A DNA stretch of 64,000 nucleotides from a virus. Taxonomy: Duplodnaviria > Caudoviricetes. The notes under the pieces were generated by a model. It was not told the origin of the DNA, searched no databases, and was given only the letters and a program-made list of their open reading frames with translations. The stretch covers positions 1 to 64,000 of IMG/VR virus record IMGVR_UViG_3300005937_000010; one strand, given 5' to 3'. Numbering within the stretch: the first letter of the stretch is position 1; each line of letters begins with the position of its first letter. Made by a program: the position numbers and the translations under genes. Shown here in pieces: positions 35,321 through 44,917 of the stretch.

Positions 35321-35534
35321 TACCGTTACGGTGCTGGCTGGCGTTCCGCGTGGCCGCGTACGGCCACTCGTCCATGGAGCGCACTGTCACGTCCACGGAG
35401 TCGTGGCCATCGGGTGGCATGAAACCGATCCGGCGCAGTCCGGCGCGGAGCCAGAGAATGAATCCGAGAAACTCCACGGCAATCCATGCCAAGATGGCGA
35501 AGAATGCGAAGCTGCCGAAGATGGCCTCACGCAT
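35295..35534 (-). CDS. Small membrane protein
   Basis: N-terminal TM segment (IFGSFAFFAILAWIAVEFLGFILWL). Confidence 0.55.
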   Translation of the reverse strand: MREAIFGSFAFFAILAWIAVEFLGFILWLRAGLRRIGFMPPDGHDSVDVTVRSMDEWPYAATRNASQHRNGNGGKHGKG

Positions 35535-35787
35535 TCTCGTACTCCGCGTAGCGCCAGCGTGGAGCCTCCACGACGATGCACATGAAACAGTAGTCTCCGG
35601 CCTCCGGATGCCTGGCGGCTGGCGTGCCACGGCGCATCTTGCCACAGCCGTCGCACTGCCAAGCCACAGACGAATGACGGCCACGATGTCCGGCGTCCAT
35701 GTTGCACGCCTCACCGCAGCGCATCGGTTCGCCACAGACGCCAGAGGGCGCGGCCGGAGCCGCGCCCTCGTGCTGGCCTGGAGCCAT
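35527..35787 (-). CDS. Cys-rich hypothetical protein
   Basis: The ATG directly follows the upstream TAG; three Cys pairs. Confidence 0.5.
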   Translation of the reverse strand: MAPGQHEGAAPAAPSGVCGEPMRCGEACNMDAGHRGRHSSVAWQCDGCGKMRRGTPAARHPEAGDYCFMCIVVEAPRWRYAEYENA

Positions 35788-35789
35788 CT

Positions 35790-36731
35790 CTAGCGCCGTG
35801 CCTTGGCAGCGGCCTTGCCCTTACCCTTGACCGCTGTCGCCCGCGTCCGCGTGGCCGGAGCCTTGCGCGAGGCCGCAGGCTTGCCCTTCGGAGCCGCTGT
35901 GCGGGCCTGTGCGGGCTTGCGAGTCGCAGGGGCAGCCTTGCCCCTGGCCGGAGCGGGCTTGGCCGCAGCGGGCTTCACAGCGCGCCGCGTACGCGTCGTC
36001 TTCGGCCGGACGGCCGCGCGAGCCTCGCGCCTGCGGATGTCGTTCGGCTTGGTGCTCGTGCCGTACGCTGCCCGCTCGCCCGACTCGTGCTGGCCGGTGG
36101 CCTTCACGAAGTCCAGGGCCACGCGCCCGATGAGCCAGATGACCATGCGGTCGGCCGCGTGCTTGTCCTTGTCCGGGTACCAGCGCGTGGCGTGCCGCTT
36201 GACCTCCGCGAAGACCTTGGCCTTGTCACCCCGGTGCTTGCGCAGGCTGTCCATGACGATTCCGCGCTTGCTCGCGGAGCCGCCTTTCCAGTCCGCCGTC
36301 CAGTCGATGGCGCTGTTGTCGATGCGCACCGCGTAGCCTTCCGCCGCCTGGCCGCGCGTGCTCGTGCGCTTGGCAGCCGGAGCCGCCTTCGGAGCCGCCT
36401 TGCGCGCGACCGGCTTCGTCGTGGTGGCCTTGCCCTTGCCCTTCGCGGGCGCGACCGTGCGCGTGGTGGGCTTGGCAGCGGGCTTCGCCGGAACGGCCTT
36501 GCCCTTCGCCGGAGCGGCGGGCTTGCCCTTGACGACGGTCGTGGCTGCCGCCTTGCCCTTCGCTCCGTTGCGCCCGTTGGCGCTCGTGGCAGTCTTGCCC
36601 TTCGCGGGCTTGCTCGTGCGCGTCTGTGCCTGCTCCACGAGCTTGCGCAGCGTGGCGGGCGGGATCTTGCGGTAGTCCTCGATTCCCGCCTGCTTGGCCT
36701 TGGCCCACAGCGTAATCATGTCCTTGTCCAT
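35790..36731 (-). CDS. Linker-histone-like DNA-binding protein (HeH/Rho-N-like head, K/A/P-rich linker, globular core, K/R/A/P-rich tail)
   Basis: Composition and repeats (PAKGK, PAAKP) are visible directly; AGGAGG RBS; has its own promoter. Confidence 0.7.
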   Translation of the reverse strand: MDKDMITLWAKAKQAGIEDYRKIPPATLRKLVEQAQTRTSKPAKGKTATSANGRNGAKGKAAATTVVKGKPAAPAKGKAVPAKPAAKPTTRTVAPAKGKGKATTTKPVARKAAPKAAPAAKRTSTRGQAAEGYAVRIDNSAIDWTADWKGGSASKRGIVMDSLRKHRGDKAKVFAEVKRHATRWYPDKDKHAADRMVIWLIGRVALDFVKATGQHESGERAAYGTSTKPNDIRRREARAAVRPKTTRTRRAVKPAAAKPAPARGKAAPATRKPAQARTAAPKGKPAASRKAPATRTRATAVKGKGKAAAKARR

Positions 36732-36768
36732 GCCTACCTCCTATGTCGTGTTTCGGGTATCGGCAACC

Positions 36769-36798
36769 AAGGTAGCAAGGCTTGGCAAGGCTTGTCAA
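36769..36798 (-). promoter_or_regulatory. Sigma70/SigA-type promoter overlapped by clustered CTTGNCAAG sites
   Basis: TTGACA-N18-TACCTT. The -35 lies inside CTTGACAAG, the spacer contains CTTGCCAAG, and further sites lie at 36802-36808 and 36819-36827. Confidence 0.75.
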
Positions 36799-36805
36799 GG
36801 TCTTG

Positions 36806-37204
36806 TCACGAGGACTTGCTTGGCAAGTCCCGGAACGTCACCACGAGCGTGCCTTGATTGTGCGGGTGCTGGCCTGCCGGATCAAGGTACACGAGCTTCG
36901 CGGAGACGACGGCCAACACTCCGGCGTCCAGCTTCGGCGCGAGGACTTCCGCGACCTCGCGCGGCAGGTAGCCAAGCTGCTTGCCCTCGTACAGACGGCT
37001 TGGCAGGTAGACGGCCACGGCGTTCTCATCGTACGCATTCTCCGGCTCGCGCTCCAGGCGGATCCCGGAGATGCCCTTCGCGGCAGCCGCCGCGAGGATG
37101 GCGCGATTCTCCTTCGTCCACCGGAAGCGCAAACCGATCACAGTCAGTTCGTGCTCCCACGTCTTCGGCTTGGACAGCTTGGCACTTTGGGTCTTTCCTG
37201 GCAT
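36806..37204 (-). CDS. HIRAN domain protein
   Basis: LTVIGLRFR...LEREPENAYDENAVAVY...QLGYLPR. Confidence 0.85.
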   Translation of the reverse strand: MPGKTQSAKLSKPKTWEHELTVIGLRFRWTKENRAILAAAAAKGISGIRLEREPENAYDENAVAVYLPSRLYEGKQLGYLPREVAEVLAPKLDAGVLAVVSAKLVYLDPAGQHPHNQGTLVVTFRDLPSKSS

Positions 37205-37230
37205 GGCAAACCTCCTCAAATATGCCCGCG

Positions 37231-37497
37231 TCAGCGCGGCCCTGGGCGCGCGTTGCGGAACCATTCCTTGACTTGCTTGACTTCCTCCGGCGAGTAGAGC
37301 CGCACACGCAGCTTCCCGATCTTGACTCGGATCGGACTGGGGAAGACGATTTCGCCGCGCTTGGCACGCTGCTCTGCACGCCGGACACGGGACGGATCCC
37401 GCTTGACGACACGGCATAGCTCCGCGAGCGTCAGGTAGTTCTCAAAGCCCTCCGGCTTCCACCTGGACGAGTCATCCTTTCCGCCCCACACTGGCAC
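37231..37497 (-). CDS. MerR/excisionase-like HTH protein
   Basis: YLTLAELCRVVKRDPSRVRRAE...RLYSPEEV; GAGAGGGGGAG RBS before GTG 37497. Confidence 0.65.
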   Translation of the reverse strand: MPVWGGKDDSSRWKPEGFENYLTLAELCRVVKRDPSRVRRAEQRAKRGEIVFPSPIRVKIGKLRVRLYSPEEVKQVKEWFRNARPGPR

Positions 37498-37541
37498 AGG
37501 CTCCCCCTCTCTTTGTTTTGTTTTTGCTTTTGTTGCCAAGC

Positions 37542-38051
37542 TCATCCGAGGCGCTCCGCGAGAGACGCTGCTTCCGACGCGCCGTTCTTGGCACCACGAG
37601 TGGTCTTCTTGATGTACGGCGTGTTGGCCGACTCCTCGTACGCATCCTCGATGTCCTCGCGCTTGATCTTTCCGGCGCGCACGTACTCGTCCACCTTGGC
37701 AGGCAAGACCTTGACTTCGATCAGGTTCTTGAAGATGTGGGTCGGGACGAGCTTGCGCAGCTTGTCAGGATTCCACTTGCGCGTGTGGCTCTGCACCACG
37801 GTCAGCTTGTGCCCGTCGTCCTCGTAGCCGGAGCCGGGATCGTACGACTTGAGCACGTACTCGTCCACGACCGCCTGGAGCGCGTCCCTCGCAGCCACAA
37901 GCGGCGTCGTCAGCTTGGCAATCTCCTCATCGAGCGCGTCGATGTCCTCAAGTGCGACGGCCACGCCGGACTCGGAGCGCAGTGCCGCGAACGAGCCGTC
38001 CTGCTTGAGCTTTGACCTGAGCGCGACCATTGCCGGATTGTGTTGTCCCAT
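37542..38051 (-). CDS. Hypothetical protein (Gam/Gp157-like coiled-coil character)
   Basis: Helical N-terminus then TRKWNPDKL...VKVLPAKVDEYV; function not established. Confidence 0.55.
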   Translation of the reverse strand: MGQHNPAMVALRSKLKQDGSFAALRSESGVAVALEDIDALDEEIAKLTTPLVAARDALQAVVDEYVLKSYDPGSGYEDDGHKLTVVQSHTRKWNPDKLRKLVPTHIFKNLIEVKVLPAKVDEYVRAGKIKREDIEDAYEESANTPYIKKTTRGAKNGASEAASLAERLG

Positions 38052-39383
38052 AGGAATCACCTTTACCCTTCATGTCGATTTTGAGTCCGACGCTACGGTA
38101 CCAAGCTTTGCGCCGGAGATACTGCCTGGCGAACACCCTGACAAGATCATCGAGGATGTCGTAGATCACCGTCTCTGTCTTGCCCTCGTGCTTCCTGGCA
38201 CCACGGCCGACCTTCTGGAGCACCGTGATGTCCGTGCCTGGATACGCCAGGACGATCCGGTTGAGCCGAGGGATGTCCACGCCTTCCTCAAACAACTGAG
38301 TGCCAAGAATACAGTGGATTTCCCCGTCGCGTAGCTTGGCAGTCAACTCGTGCTGCTTGCGCCTTGCCAGTCGCCCCGTCACCATCTCGACGTACTGGAG
38401 CCAGCCCTCATCGAAGTCGAATGCCAAGGCGATACAGTCACCGATGTTCTCCAGGTGCTTGATTTCCCTGGACAAGACAAGGACGCTGTTGCCCTGCTTG
38501 ACCTCGCGCACGACGATCTTGGCAATCACCATGTTTCGGTTGTCGTCCTTGACTAGCTCATTGAGGATGTAGCGGTACTGCGAGCCGTTGTAGCGCGTCT
38601 TGAATCCTGTCTTGACCGGGCGCACGATCATCGGCACCTGGCTCTGGAAAGCGAGCTTGTAGATGACCGGCCCGATGTTGAACCTGACAAGCGGCTGTCG
38701 GCCGTCTGAGCGCTTCTCCGAGGCCGTGATCCCGAAGCGGTAGTAGGCAGGGCACACGTTGCACAGCCAACTCCACGTCTCGGCTGCGGCATGGTGAGCC
38801 TCGTCCACGATCAGGCAGCCGAACTGTCTCCAGAACTTGCCACCGGAGCGGATGTAGCGTCGAATCGTCTGCGCCATCGCCACGGTGATGTGGCCAACTT
38901 GGCAGGTCTTGCCCTGGATTTTTCCCGGAGAACAACCTGGCACGGACTCCTCGATGCGATCCACCCACTGCTTGAACAGGGTGTTGGTGTGGACGACCAC
39001 AAGAGTCCTCGTCTTGGCAGCCGCCGCGAAGGCCAGCGCAATCTCTGTCTTGCCACGGCCAGGCGGTGCGATGACTTGCCCCTGCTCGTGCTGGAACATC
39101 GCCATGACGGCCTCCACCTGGCCGTCGTAGTCGGTAGCGTTGAGCGTCTTGGCATACGTCAGCTTGGGCATCGGCGGCTTGCTGCGCAGATCCTCTACCT
39201 CCAGGTCTGTCGGGAGCATGCTCCAGAGGCCACGAGGGATGCGCAGCTTGCCCGTCTCCGGGTAGTAGTCGTACGCCTGGACTTCGATGTCGTCGTTGTC
39301 CGTGAACGTCAGCGTGCGCAGGAGCTTGGTGCGCTGCTCGCGCGTAAGCTCCTCCACATCGAGGGTGATGAGCGCGTCCAGCT

Positions 39384-39387
<4 letters not shown>
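37948..39387 (-). CDS. Superfamily 2 DEXH helicase (XPB/ResIII-like)
   Basis: APPGRGKT, LIVDEAHH, GITASEKRSDG, EEGVDIP, QKVGRGAR. Confidence 0.9.
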
Positions 39388-39881
<494 letters not shown>

Positions 39882-39922
39882 GTGCTCTCCTTCGGTTTCG
39901 GGCATTACACTCTAGGTGGATT

Positions 39923-40606
39923 CTACCACACCCGGCCGGACAAGATTTCATCTTGCATCCAGGCCATCACAGCGGCAGCGTCGTAGATGTCGGACGGCTG
40001 CGCTGGCTTGGCCTTGGCACCGAAGCCATGCTCTGGCCGGACGATCAGCATGCCGCTCTTGGACTTGACAAGATCGGGGATGTCCGGGAGGCCAAGCGCA
40101 GCGATGGCCCACTCCTTCACGTCCCACTTGCCGTCCGGCATCTTGCGGATCGTGATGCCCTCGCGCCGGAGCGTGGCCTTCCACTGCGAGTTGTTGATTT
40201 CGTAGATGTTCTTGAAGCCGTAGCGCAGGAGGCTGCCCTTGGCAGCCCCCGCGACTTCCGACTGTTGCTTGATCCAGGACGCCTGGAACGTGTGGCGTGC
40301 CACCATCCCCAGCGGGAACGGCTCCTCCACGGCGATGGCGACACGCTCGTAGTCCATGCCCCAGGTCTGCAAGAGAACGTCCACGAGCAGCCGGTGGCAC
40401 TTGGCAGCCTCCAAGATCCGGGTGAAGTAGTCGTGCTCCGGCGTCCAGCGAATCTCCCCGTACGCCACGTCCGACATCTTCTTGAGCACGGCATCCCAGG
40501 ACACGGCCGTGACTGCGATGCTTGTCATGCTCATGTCCATGCCGACAGCCGTCCAGCCCTTGTTGCGCTGGTAGCTCTTGAGCATGTGAGGAGACTTGCG
40601 TGCCAA
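39923..40606 (-). CDS. RuvC-like Holliday junction resolvase
   Basis: AVGMDMSMTSIAV, IAVEEPF, DIYDAAAV acidic triad pattern. Confidence 0.7.
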   Translation of the reverse strand: MARKSPHMLKSYQRNKGWTAVGMDMSMTSIAVTAVSWDAVLKKMSDVAYGEIRWTPEHDYFTRILEAAKCHRLLVDVLLQTWGMDYERVAIAVEEPFPLGMVARHTFQASWIKQQSEVAGAAKGSLLRYGFKNIYEINNSQWKATLRREGITIRKMPDGKWDVKEWAIAALGLPDIPDLVKSKSGMLIVRPEHGFGAKAKPAQPSDIYDAAAVMAWMQDEILSGRVW

Positions 40607-40927
40607 TCAGAGGCTCCCCACGAAGCGGAGCACGTCGCGCTCGTTGAACAACTCGTGAACCGCCTGGCCACGACACTTATCAAGTACCTCGATCTTCGGC
40701 ACAGGGCGGATGACGCCACGGATGTAGTAGCGCCGATAGCGGGACTGCTTGTTGAGAACCTCGATGTAGTTGCTGTTGTTCCCCGTGCTCCAGTGGCCAA
40801 ACGAATGGAGATTGCCGCTCTCGTCCAGGGCCGTCCTCAGCGCGTCCACGATGGGCCTCAGCGGCTTGGCATGATGGTTGAGCGCGTAAGCCACGCGCAT
40901 TGCCGCAGTCTTCGTCTTCTTGCTCAT
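40607..40927 (-). CDS. Hypothetical basic protein
   Basis: GGAAGG RBS; coupled to its neighbours. Confidence 0.55.
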   Translation of the reverse strand: MSKKTKTAAMRVAYALNHHAKPLRPIVDALRTALDESGNLHSFGHWSTGNNSNYIEVLNKQSRYRRYYIRGVIRPVPKIEVLDKCRGQAVHELFNERDVLRFVGSL

Positions 40928-41097
40928 CTTGTCACCTTCCCGTCGCTCCGCACGAAGTGCTTGACGCACTCAAGCACCATCTTCATGTCCAGCTTCCAGT
41001 GGCCTTTGGCATAGCCGTACTGCTGGCGCAGGTAGATGCGCAACGTGTACGTCGGGATGCCAAGTGCGTAGGCAAGCTCTTGCGGTGTCGTATACAT
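40924..41097 (-). CDS. Small HTH DNA-binding protein
   Basis: TTPQELAYALGIPTYTLRIYLRQ...GHWKLD. Confidence 0.65.
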   Translation of the reverse strand: MYTTPQELAYALGIPTYTLRIYLRQQYGYAKGHWKLDMKMVLECVKHFVRSDGKVTR

Positions 41098-41126
41098 GGT
41101 TCCTCGCCTTCGTGTCATCGGGCTGT

Positions 41127-41963
41127 TCACAGTGAGTCGCGCTCCTGCTTCTCAAGCTCCATCACCTTGGCATGGGCGTCCTCGTCCCAGTACATGTCGA
41201 TGGCATCTTGGTAGAGCGCACGAAGATCGTTCGGATCCAGGGCGTCTAGCTCCACCTGGATCAGTTCGCCGTGGCGTGCCACGAACTGGCTGGCGCGAGA
41301 GTCGCTCGCCTTGCCCATCGCAGGCGGCAAGTCGTACTCGTCAATCTGCTCCGGGTTGAGCGCGATCCGGTGGACATGATCCCAACAGCTTGTCCGCTCG
41401 TTGAAGTCGCGGTCGATGTCCTCGCCGGAGGGATCGAAGTCGCCAGCGTAGATGACCACGGTCGGTCGGAAGTCCTGCCCCGGCTGCTTGTCACCGATGA
41501 GGTTCGCGTAGTGCGCACCCGTGTCGTAGACAACATCGTCCACGAACGTCTGAGACGAGTAGCCCTGGAGTGGCAGGATCGGGATGCCAAGCGGGTAGCC
41601 GAACCACTCGTTCAACTGGTTCACGATACCCGCCTTCTCGACTGCCAAGTAGAGGCTGTACTCCTGGCCCTCGGTGCGGTCGCGCCGGTAGCGCTGCTTG
41701 AGCCAGGCGTTGGCCTCCTCTGTGCTCTGGAACAGCGGGTACATGCGCTGGATGCTGCGTGTCCTGTCCATCAAGTCCGGGAAGTAGCCGTTGCGCCGCG
41801 CCTTGGCAGTCTGCGACGACAACTGGTTGTACTCGGAGCGCGTGTTGCGTAGCGTCTGATCGGCCACGAGCCGGTAGAACAACTGGCGCAGCGTGACGCG
41901 CGTGGAGTAGCTCCGCACGATGTCGGCGGCATGATCGAGGATGTAGCTCCAGTCTCTAGCCAT
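41127..41963 (-). CDS. Topoisomerase VI-A/Spo11-like winged-helix plus TOPRIM protein
   Basis: VTLRQLFYRLV, LAVEKAG, QGYSSQTF, IYAGDFDPSGEDI, ELDALDP; start ATG 41963. Confidence 0.7.
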   Translation of the reverse strand: MARDWSYILDHAADIVRSYSTRVTLRQLFYRLVADQTLRNTRSEYNQLSSQTAKARRNGYFPDLMDRTRSIQRMYPLFQSTEEANAWLKQRYRRDRTEGQEYSLYLAVEKAGIVNQLNEWFGYPLGIPILPLQGYSSQTFVDDVVYDTGAHYANLIGDKQPGQDFRPTVVIYAGDFDPSGEDIDRDFNERTSCWDHVHRIALNPEQIDEYDLPPAMGKASDSRASQFVARHGELIQVELDALDPNDLRALYQDAIDMYWDEDAHAKVMELEKQERDSL

Positions 41964-42168
41964 CGGACTTGGCAGGCGCAGGCACCACGCGCTCGCTCCC
42001 TCCGTCGTCGTAGATGCGGATGCGCTCGTTGTCCTCCACCCGCTGTACCTGGACGTAGCTGCGCGGCTCGCCACCGATGGTGCCCTTGACGGGAGGACTG
42101 ATCCGGCAGTCGGCACCGTCCGCGAACGCGGCCAACTCTGTGATCTGATCGCCGGTGAGGATCATCAC
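41956..42168 (-). CDS. Hypothetical protein
   Basis: Coupled to its neighbours. Confidence 0.55.
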   Translation of the reverse strand: MMILTGDQITELAAFADGADCRISPPVKGTIGGEPRSYVQVQRVEDNERIRIYDDGGSERVVPAPAKSDG

Positions 42169-42347
42169 GCGGCCTCGACTGTGATCTTGATTGTCTCGGG
42201 ATTGCCAAGCTGCGTGACTGCGGACTTGCTCACGTACGCGCTGGTCATGGCGGCGTCGTCCTCGGTCGCGTCGTAGCGGACGACGTGCTTCTTGGCCTGC
42301 GGGTTGCCAAGCTCTACGGTCACTGTGGTCTTCTTGGGTGCGGGCAT
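42165..42347 (-). CDS. Small hypothetical protein (swapped-hairpin-like pattern)
   Basis: AGGAGG RBS; SAYVSKSAVTQLGNPETIKITVEA. Confidence 0.6.
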   Translation of the reverse strand: MPAPKKTTVTVELGNPQAKKHVVRYDATEDDAAMTSAYVSKSAVTQLGNPETIKITVEAA

Positions 42348-42356
42348 ACTGGCCTC

Positions 42357-42878
42357 CTATCTGTTGTTGTGGTTGTGATCTTGGCAGAGCGGGATGTCGG
42401 TGGACTCCTCCTCGATCACGTCGTGCCGGATCGCCTGCGCAACCCTGGCACCGAGGAGGCCGATGGACTTGAGGTTGATCTGGATGCCGTCCATGTTGTC
42501 ACCCAGGCTGGCTCCGACGATGGCGCGCAGATCGTCCTCTGCCGCCACCACCGGGACGCCGACCATCTTCTTGGCACGCTCGTACGAATCGAGGAATCCG
42601 AGAGCCGCCTGCGCCTTGGTAGCCCATACGTGCTCCGCGTGCAGGAACGCCTCGTACGACTTGCAAGCTGACGTGCCACCTTCCTTCTCGACTTGCCGGT
42701 AGACGGCATCGTAGCGTGCGTACGTCTCGCCCTCCTCCTGGACAGCCTTGACGTAGTGCTCCCAGGCATCCTCGCAGCCTTCGGCCGGAGTCTGCCGGGA
42801 GAGCCACGCCATATGCGCCTTGTCAGGAGCGAGGAGCTTGGTCGGAGAGGACTTGAGGAGAGCCTGTGTCTTCCTCAC
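42357..42878 (-). CDS. Hypothetical protein
   Basis: GTGA coupling. Confidence 0.6.
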   Translation of the reverse strand: MRKTQALLKSSPTKLLAPDKAHMAWLSRQTPAEGCEDAWEHYVKAVQEEGETYARYDAVYRQVEKEGGTSACKSYEAFLHAEHVWATKAQAALGFLDSYERAKKMVGVPVVAAEDDLRAIVGASLGDNMDGIQINLKSIGLLGARVAQAIRHDVIEEESTDIPLCQDHNHNNR

Positions 42879-43285
42879 CGGAGCCTCCCGGCCTTGCTCA
42901 GTTCCGGGATGCCAAGCTCAGCGCCACACATGGCGCACTGGCTCTGCGGGAACTGGAAGTTGGCCACCCGGATGTCCAAGAGTGCCAAGTCCTTGACGAT
43001 TTCTACCGCCAGAAAAAGAAGATTGAAGCCCAGGTACTCGTTGCTGATCTTCACCGGCACGAGCGCGCCGGTCGGCGGCTGTAGCTGGATGGTGACGTAG
43101 CCGGTGCAGTACGTCCGCAGCGTCTCCACCATCCTGTCGATAACCTTCTGCGTCTTGGCATCCTGCGCGTCGTACGCTGCCTTGGCAAGCTCGTACTTGA
43201 CCTCGGACGTGAGCTTGTACTCGTCCACGGCGTCGGCCTGGAGCTTGCTGGCAGAGCGCAGATCGCTGAGCGTTTTCCTAGCCAT
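42875..43285 (-). CDS. Hypothetical protein with C-terminal CxxC
   Basis: Coupled ORF. Confidence 0.6.
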   Translation of the reverse strand: MARKTLSDLRSASKLQADAVDEYKLTSEVKYELAKAAYDAQDAKTQKVIDRMVETLRTYCTGYVTIQLQPPTGALVPVKISNEYLGFNLLFLAVEIVKDLALLDIRVANFQFPQSQCAMCGAELGIPELSKAGRLR

Positions 43286-43988
43286 TGTCTTTCTCCGGTC
43301 GGCGGATGCTCATGTTCACGCCCTTGAGCTTCTGCTCCAAGGACGGCTCGTTCTCCGGCGTCTTGTCAGGCCGGCTCACGAGTCCGAATGTATCCTCCGG
43401 CTCGCACACGAGGATGAAGCCCATCCCGCCCGGAGGCAAGATGCGAACCTTGTGCGAATGCTTCCAGTCCGGCTCGACGCGCCCAACATCGAAAGTCGGA
43501 TACTTGTTCCAGTGAGAGTGTGAATCGTGGTACTGGAGCTTGTCACCCGGCCGTACCTCGCTGGCCTTGACCACCTGAAGTGCCAGGAACTTCTCGCGCT
43601 CCTCGGCCTCCTGGCGCTGCTTGAACTCAAAGCGTGCCTGCTCCTCGGCTTCCTCGGCAGCTATACGTGCCTTGGCAGCTTCGACCATCTCCTCCGGCGT
43701 GCCTTCGCCTTCGACTACGACAAGCTCCTCGTCAATCCAAACCGCCTGGACTTCCTCGGCACGAGCCTCGTTGCATTCGGCGCAGGAGTAGTCCTCGATC
43801 TTGGCAGACATCTTGTTGCAGTCCGGGCAGCGATGCGATGCGCCGTCCGCCGATGTCTCCTGGTTGAAGATCGTCCCGCAGCTACCGCACTCGTAGAGAC
43901 TGCCGCCGTGATCCTCTAGCACGGCCTCGCAGTCATCGCAGCGGTAAGCGATGACGACCTCGATGATTGTGTCGTCTATCTCGCTCAT
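43278..43988 (-). CDS. Multi-Zn-ribbon protein
   Basis: CDDC, CGSC, CPDC, CAEC. Confidence 0.65.
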   Translation of the reverse strand: MSEIDDTIIEVVIAYRCDDCEAVLEDHGGSLYECGSCGTIFNQETSADGASHRCPDCNKMSAKIEDYSCAECNEARAEEVQAVWIDEELVVVEGEGTPEEMVEAAKARIAAEEAEEQARFEFKQRQEAEEREKFLALQVVKASEVRPGDKLQYHDSHSHWNKYPTFDVGRVEPDWKHSHKVRILPPGGMGFILVCEPEDTFGLVSRPDKTPENEPSLEQKLKGVNMSIRRPEKDNG

Positions 43989-44233
43989 GGCTTCACCTTC
44001 TTGGAGAAGTTCTTGTCAGCGTCCTCGATGGCGATACGCGCTGCGAACAGAGCTTGGTAAGCAACCTGGCACTTGTTCCGCACTTCGTTGAAGCGGCGGT
44101 TGTCAAGCGCGTAGAGATGCGGCTGCGCTTCAAGCAAGTTGCGGTAGCACTCCTCCGCAGTGTCCATCGCTTCGATAATGCTGGACAGGAGGCTGGCGCG
44201 TTGGGCCTTGGCAAGCTCTACAGGGAATGGCAT
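43985..44233 (-). CDS. Hypothetical helical protein
   Basis: ATG 44233 next to the upstream TGA. Confidence 0.55.
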   Translation of the reverse strand: MPFPVELAKAQRASLLSSIIEAMDTAEECYRNLLEAQPHLYALDNRRFNEVRNKCQVAYQALFAARIAIEDADKNFSKKVKP

Positions 44234-44234
44234 G

Positions 44235-44438
44235 TCAAAGCTCCGTGCTGATCGTGAGGCTGGCATCCCGTGCAGCCTCGATCACGTTCGGCACTTCCTT
44301 GGCAACCACGACGATCCGGCCGCTGTCGATCACTTGCTCGATGTAGCCGTCGTAGGCGTCCACGAACTCCTCGCCTGCTTGGGTCTGCCCTTGCACTTCG
44401 ATCCCGCCTGTGTGATGCGTGAGAGTCAGGTCATCCAT
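44235..44438 (-). CDS. Hypothetical protein
   Basis: AGGAGG RBS. Confidence 0.6.
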   Translation of the reverse strand: MDDLTLTHHTGGIEVQGQTQAGEEFVDAYDGYIEQVIDSGRIVVVAKEVPNVIEAARDASLTISTEL

Positions 44439-44643
44439 GCTGTACCTCCTTCATCTTGTCGGCTGCCAAGTCACGGAATCGCTTGACGCTCTCCACGACT
44501 GGCTCCAGGTTCCCGGAGATGTGGCCGGTGTTCGGCTCCTGCTCGATCAGAGCGAGAGCTTCCGCCAGCCGGTCGTGCGCTGCGCTCAGCCGGTGATGAA
44601 TCTTCTTCCACGGCTGCGGCGTGCGTACGGGCTTGTCACTCAT
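44431..44643 (-). CDS. Hypothetical protein
   Basis: ATGA coupling. Confidence 0.55.
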   Translation of the reverse strand: MSDKPVRTPQPWKKIHHRLSAAHDRLAEALALIEQEPNTGHISGNLEPVVESVKRFRDLAADKMKEVQHG

Positions 44644-44855
44644 GCGTCGATCAGCTTGACGAAGTAGATCGAATCGACGCCGCCGAACTCGGAGCCGCCG
44701 TCCTTGTCGGGCACGGTCAGGTGAAGCGGCGACTTGGCACCGTTCTGCTGTCCGAGGGTTCCGGCGAAGAAGTCCAGCATCGTCTCGGTGTCCTGCTCAG
44801 GGCCGGAGACGTGTGACAGTTCGACAGTCACTTTGAACTTGAGTGAGCTTGGCAT
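44640..44855 (-). CDS. Hypothetical protein
   Basis: CCCGAAC-AAGGAGG leader before ATG 44855. Confidence 0.6.
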   Translation of the reverse strand: MPSSLKFKVTVELSHVSGPEQDTETMLDFFAGTLGQQNGAKSPLHLTVPDKDGGSEFGGVDSIYFVKLIDA

Positions 44856-44886
44856 TCCAGACCTCCTTGTTCGGGTACGTGAGGGC

Positions 44887-44916
44887 ATGGTAGCAAACCC
44901 ACCATGGGTGTGTCAA
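44887..44916 (-). promoter_or_regulatory. Sigma70/SigA-type promoter
   Basis: TTGACA-N18-TACCAT. Confidence 0.75.
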
Positions 44917-44917
44917 G

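Noticed and set aside
37231-37497. Excisionase implying a temperate lifestyle
   Set aside because: No integrase, att-like site or partition genes are in the window. MerR-like HTH proteins also occur in lytic phages. The unseen part of the genome is probably tail genes.
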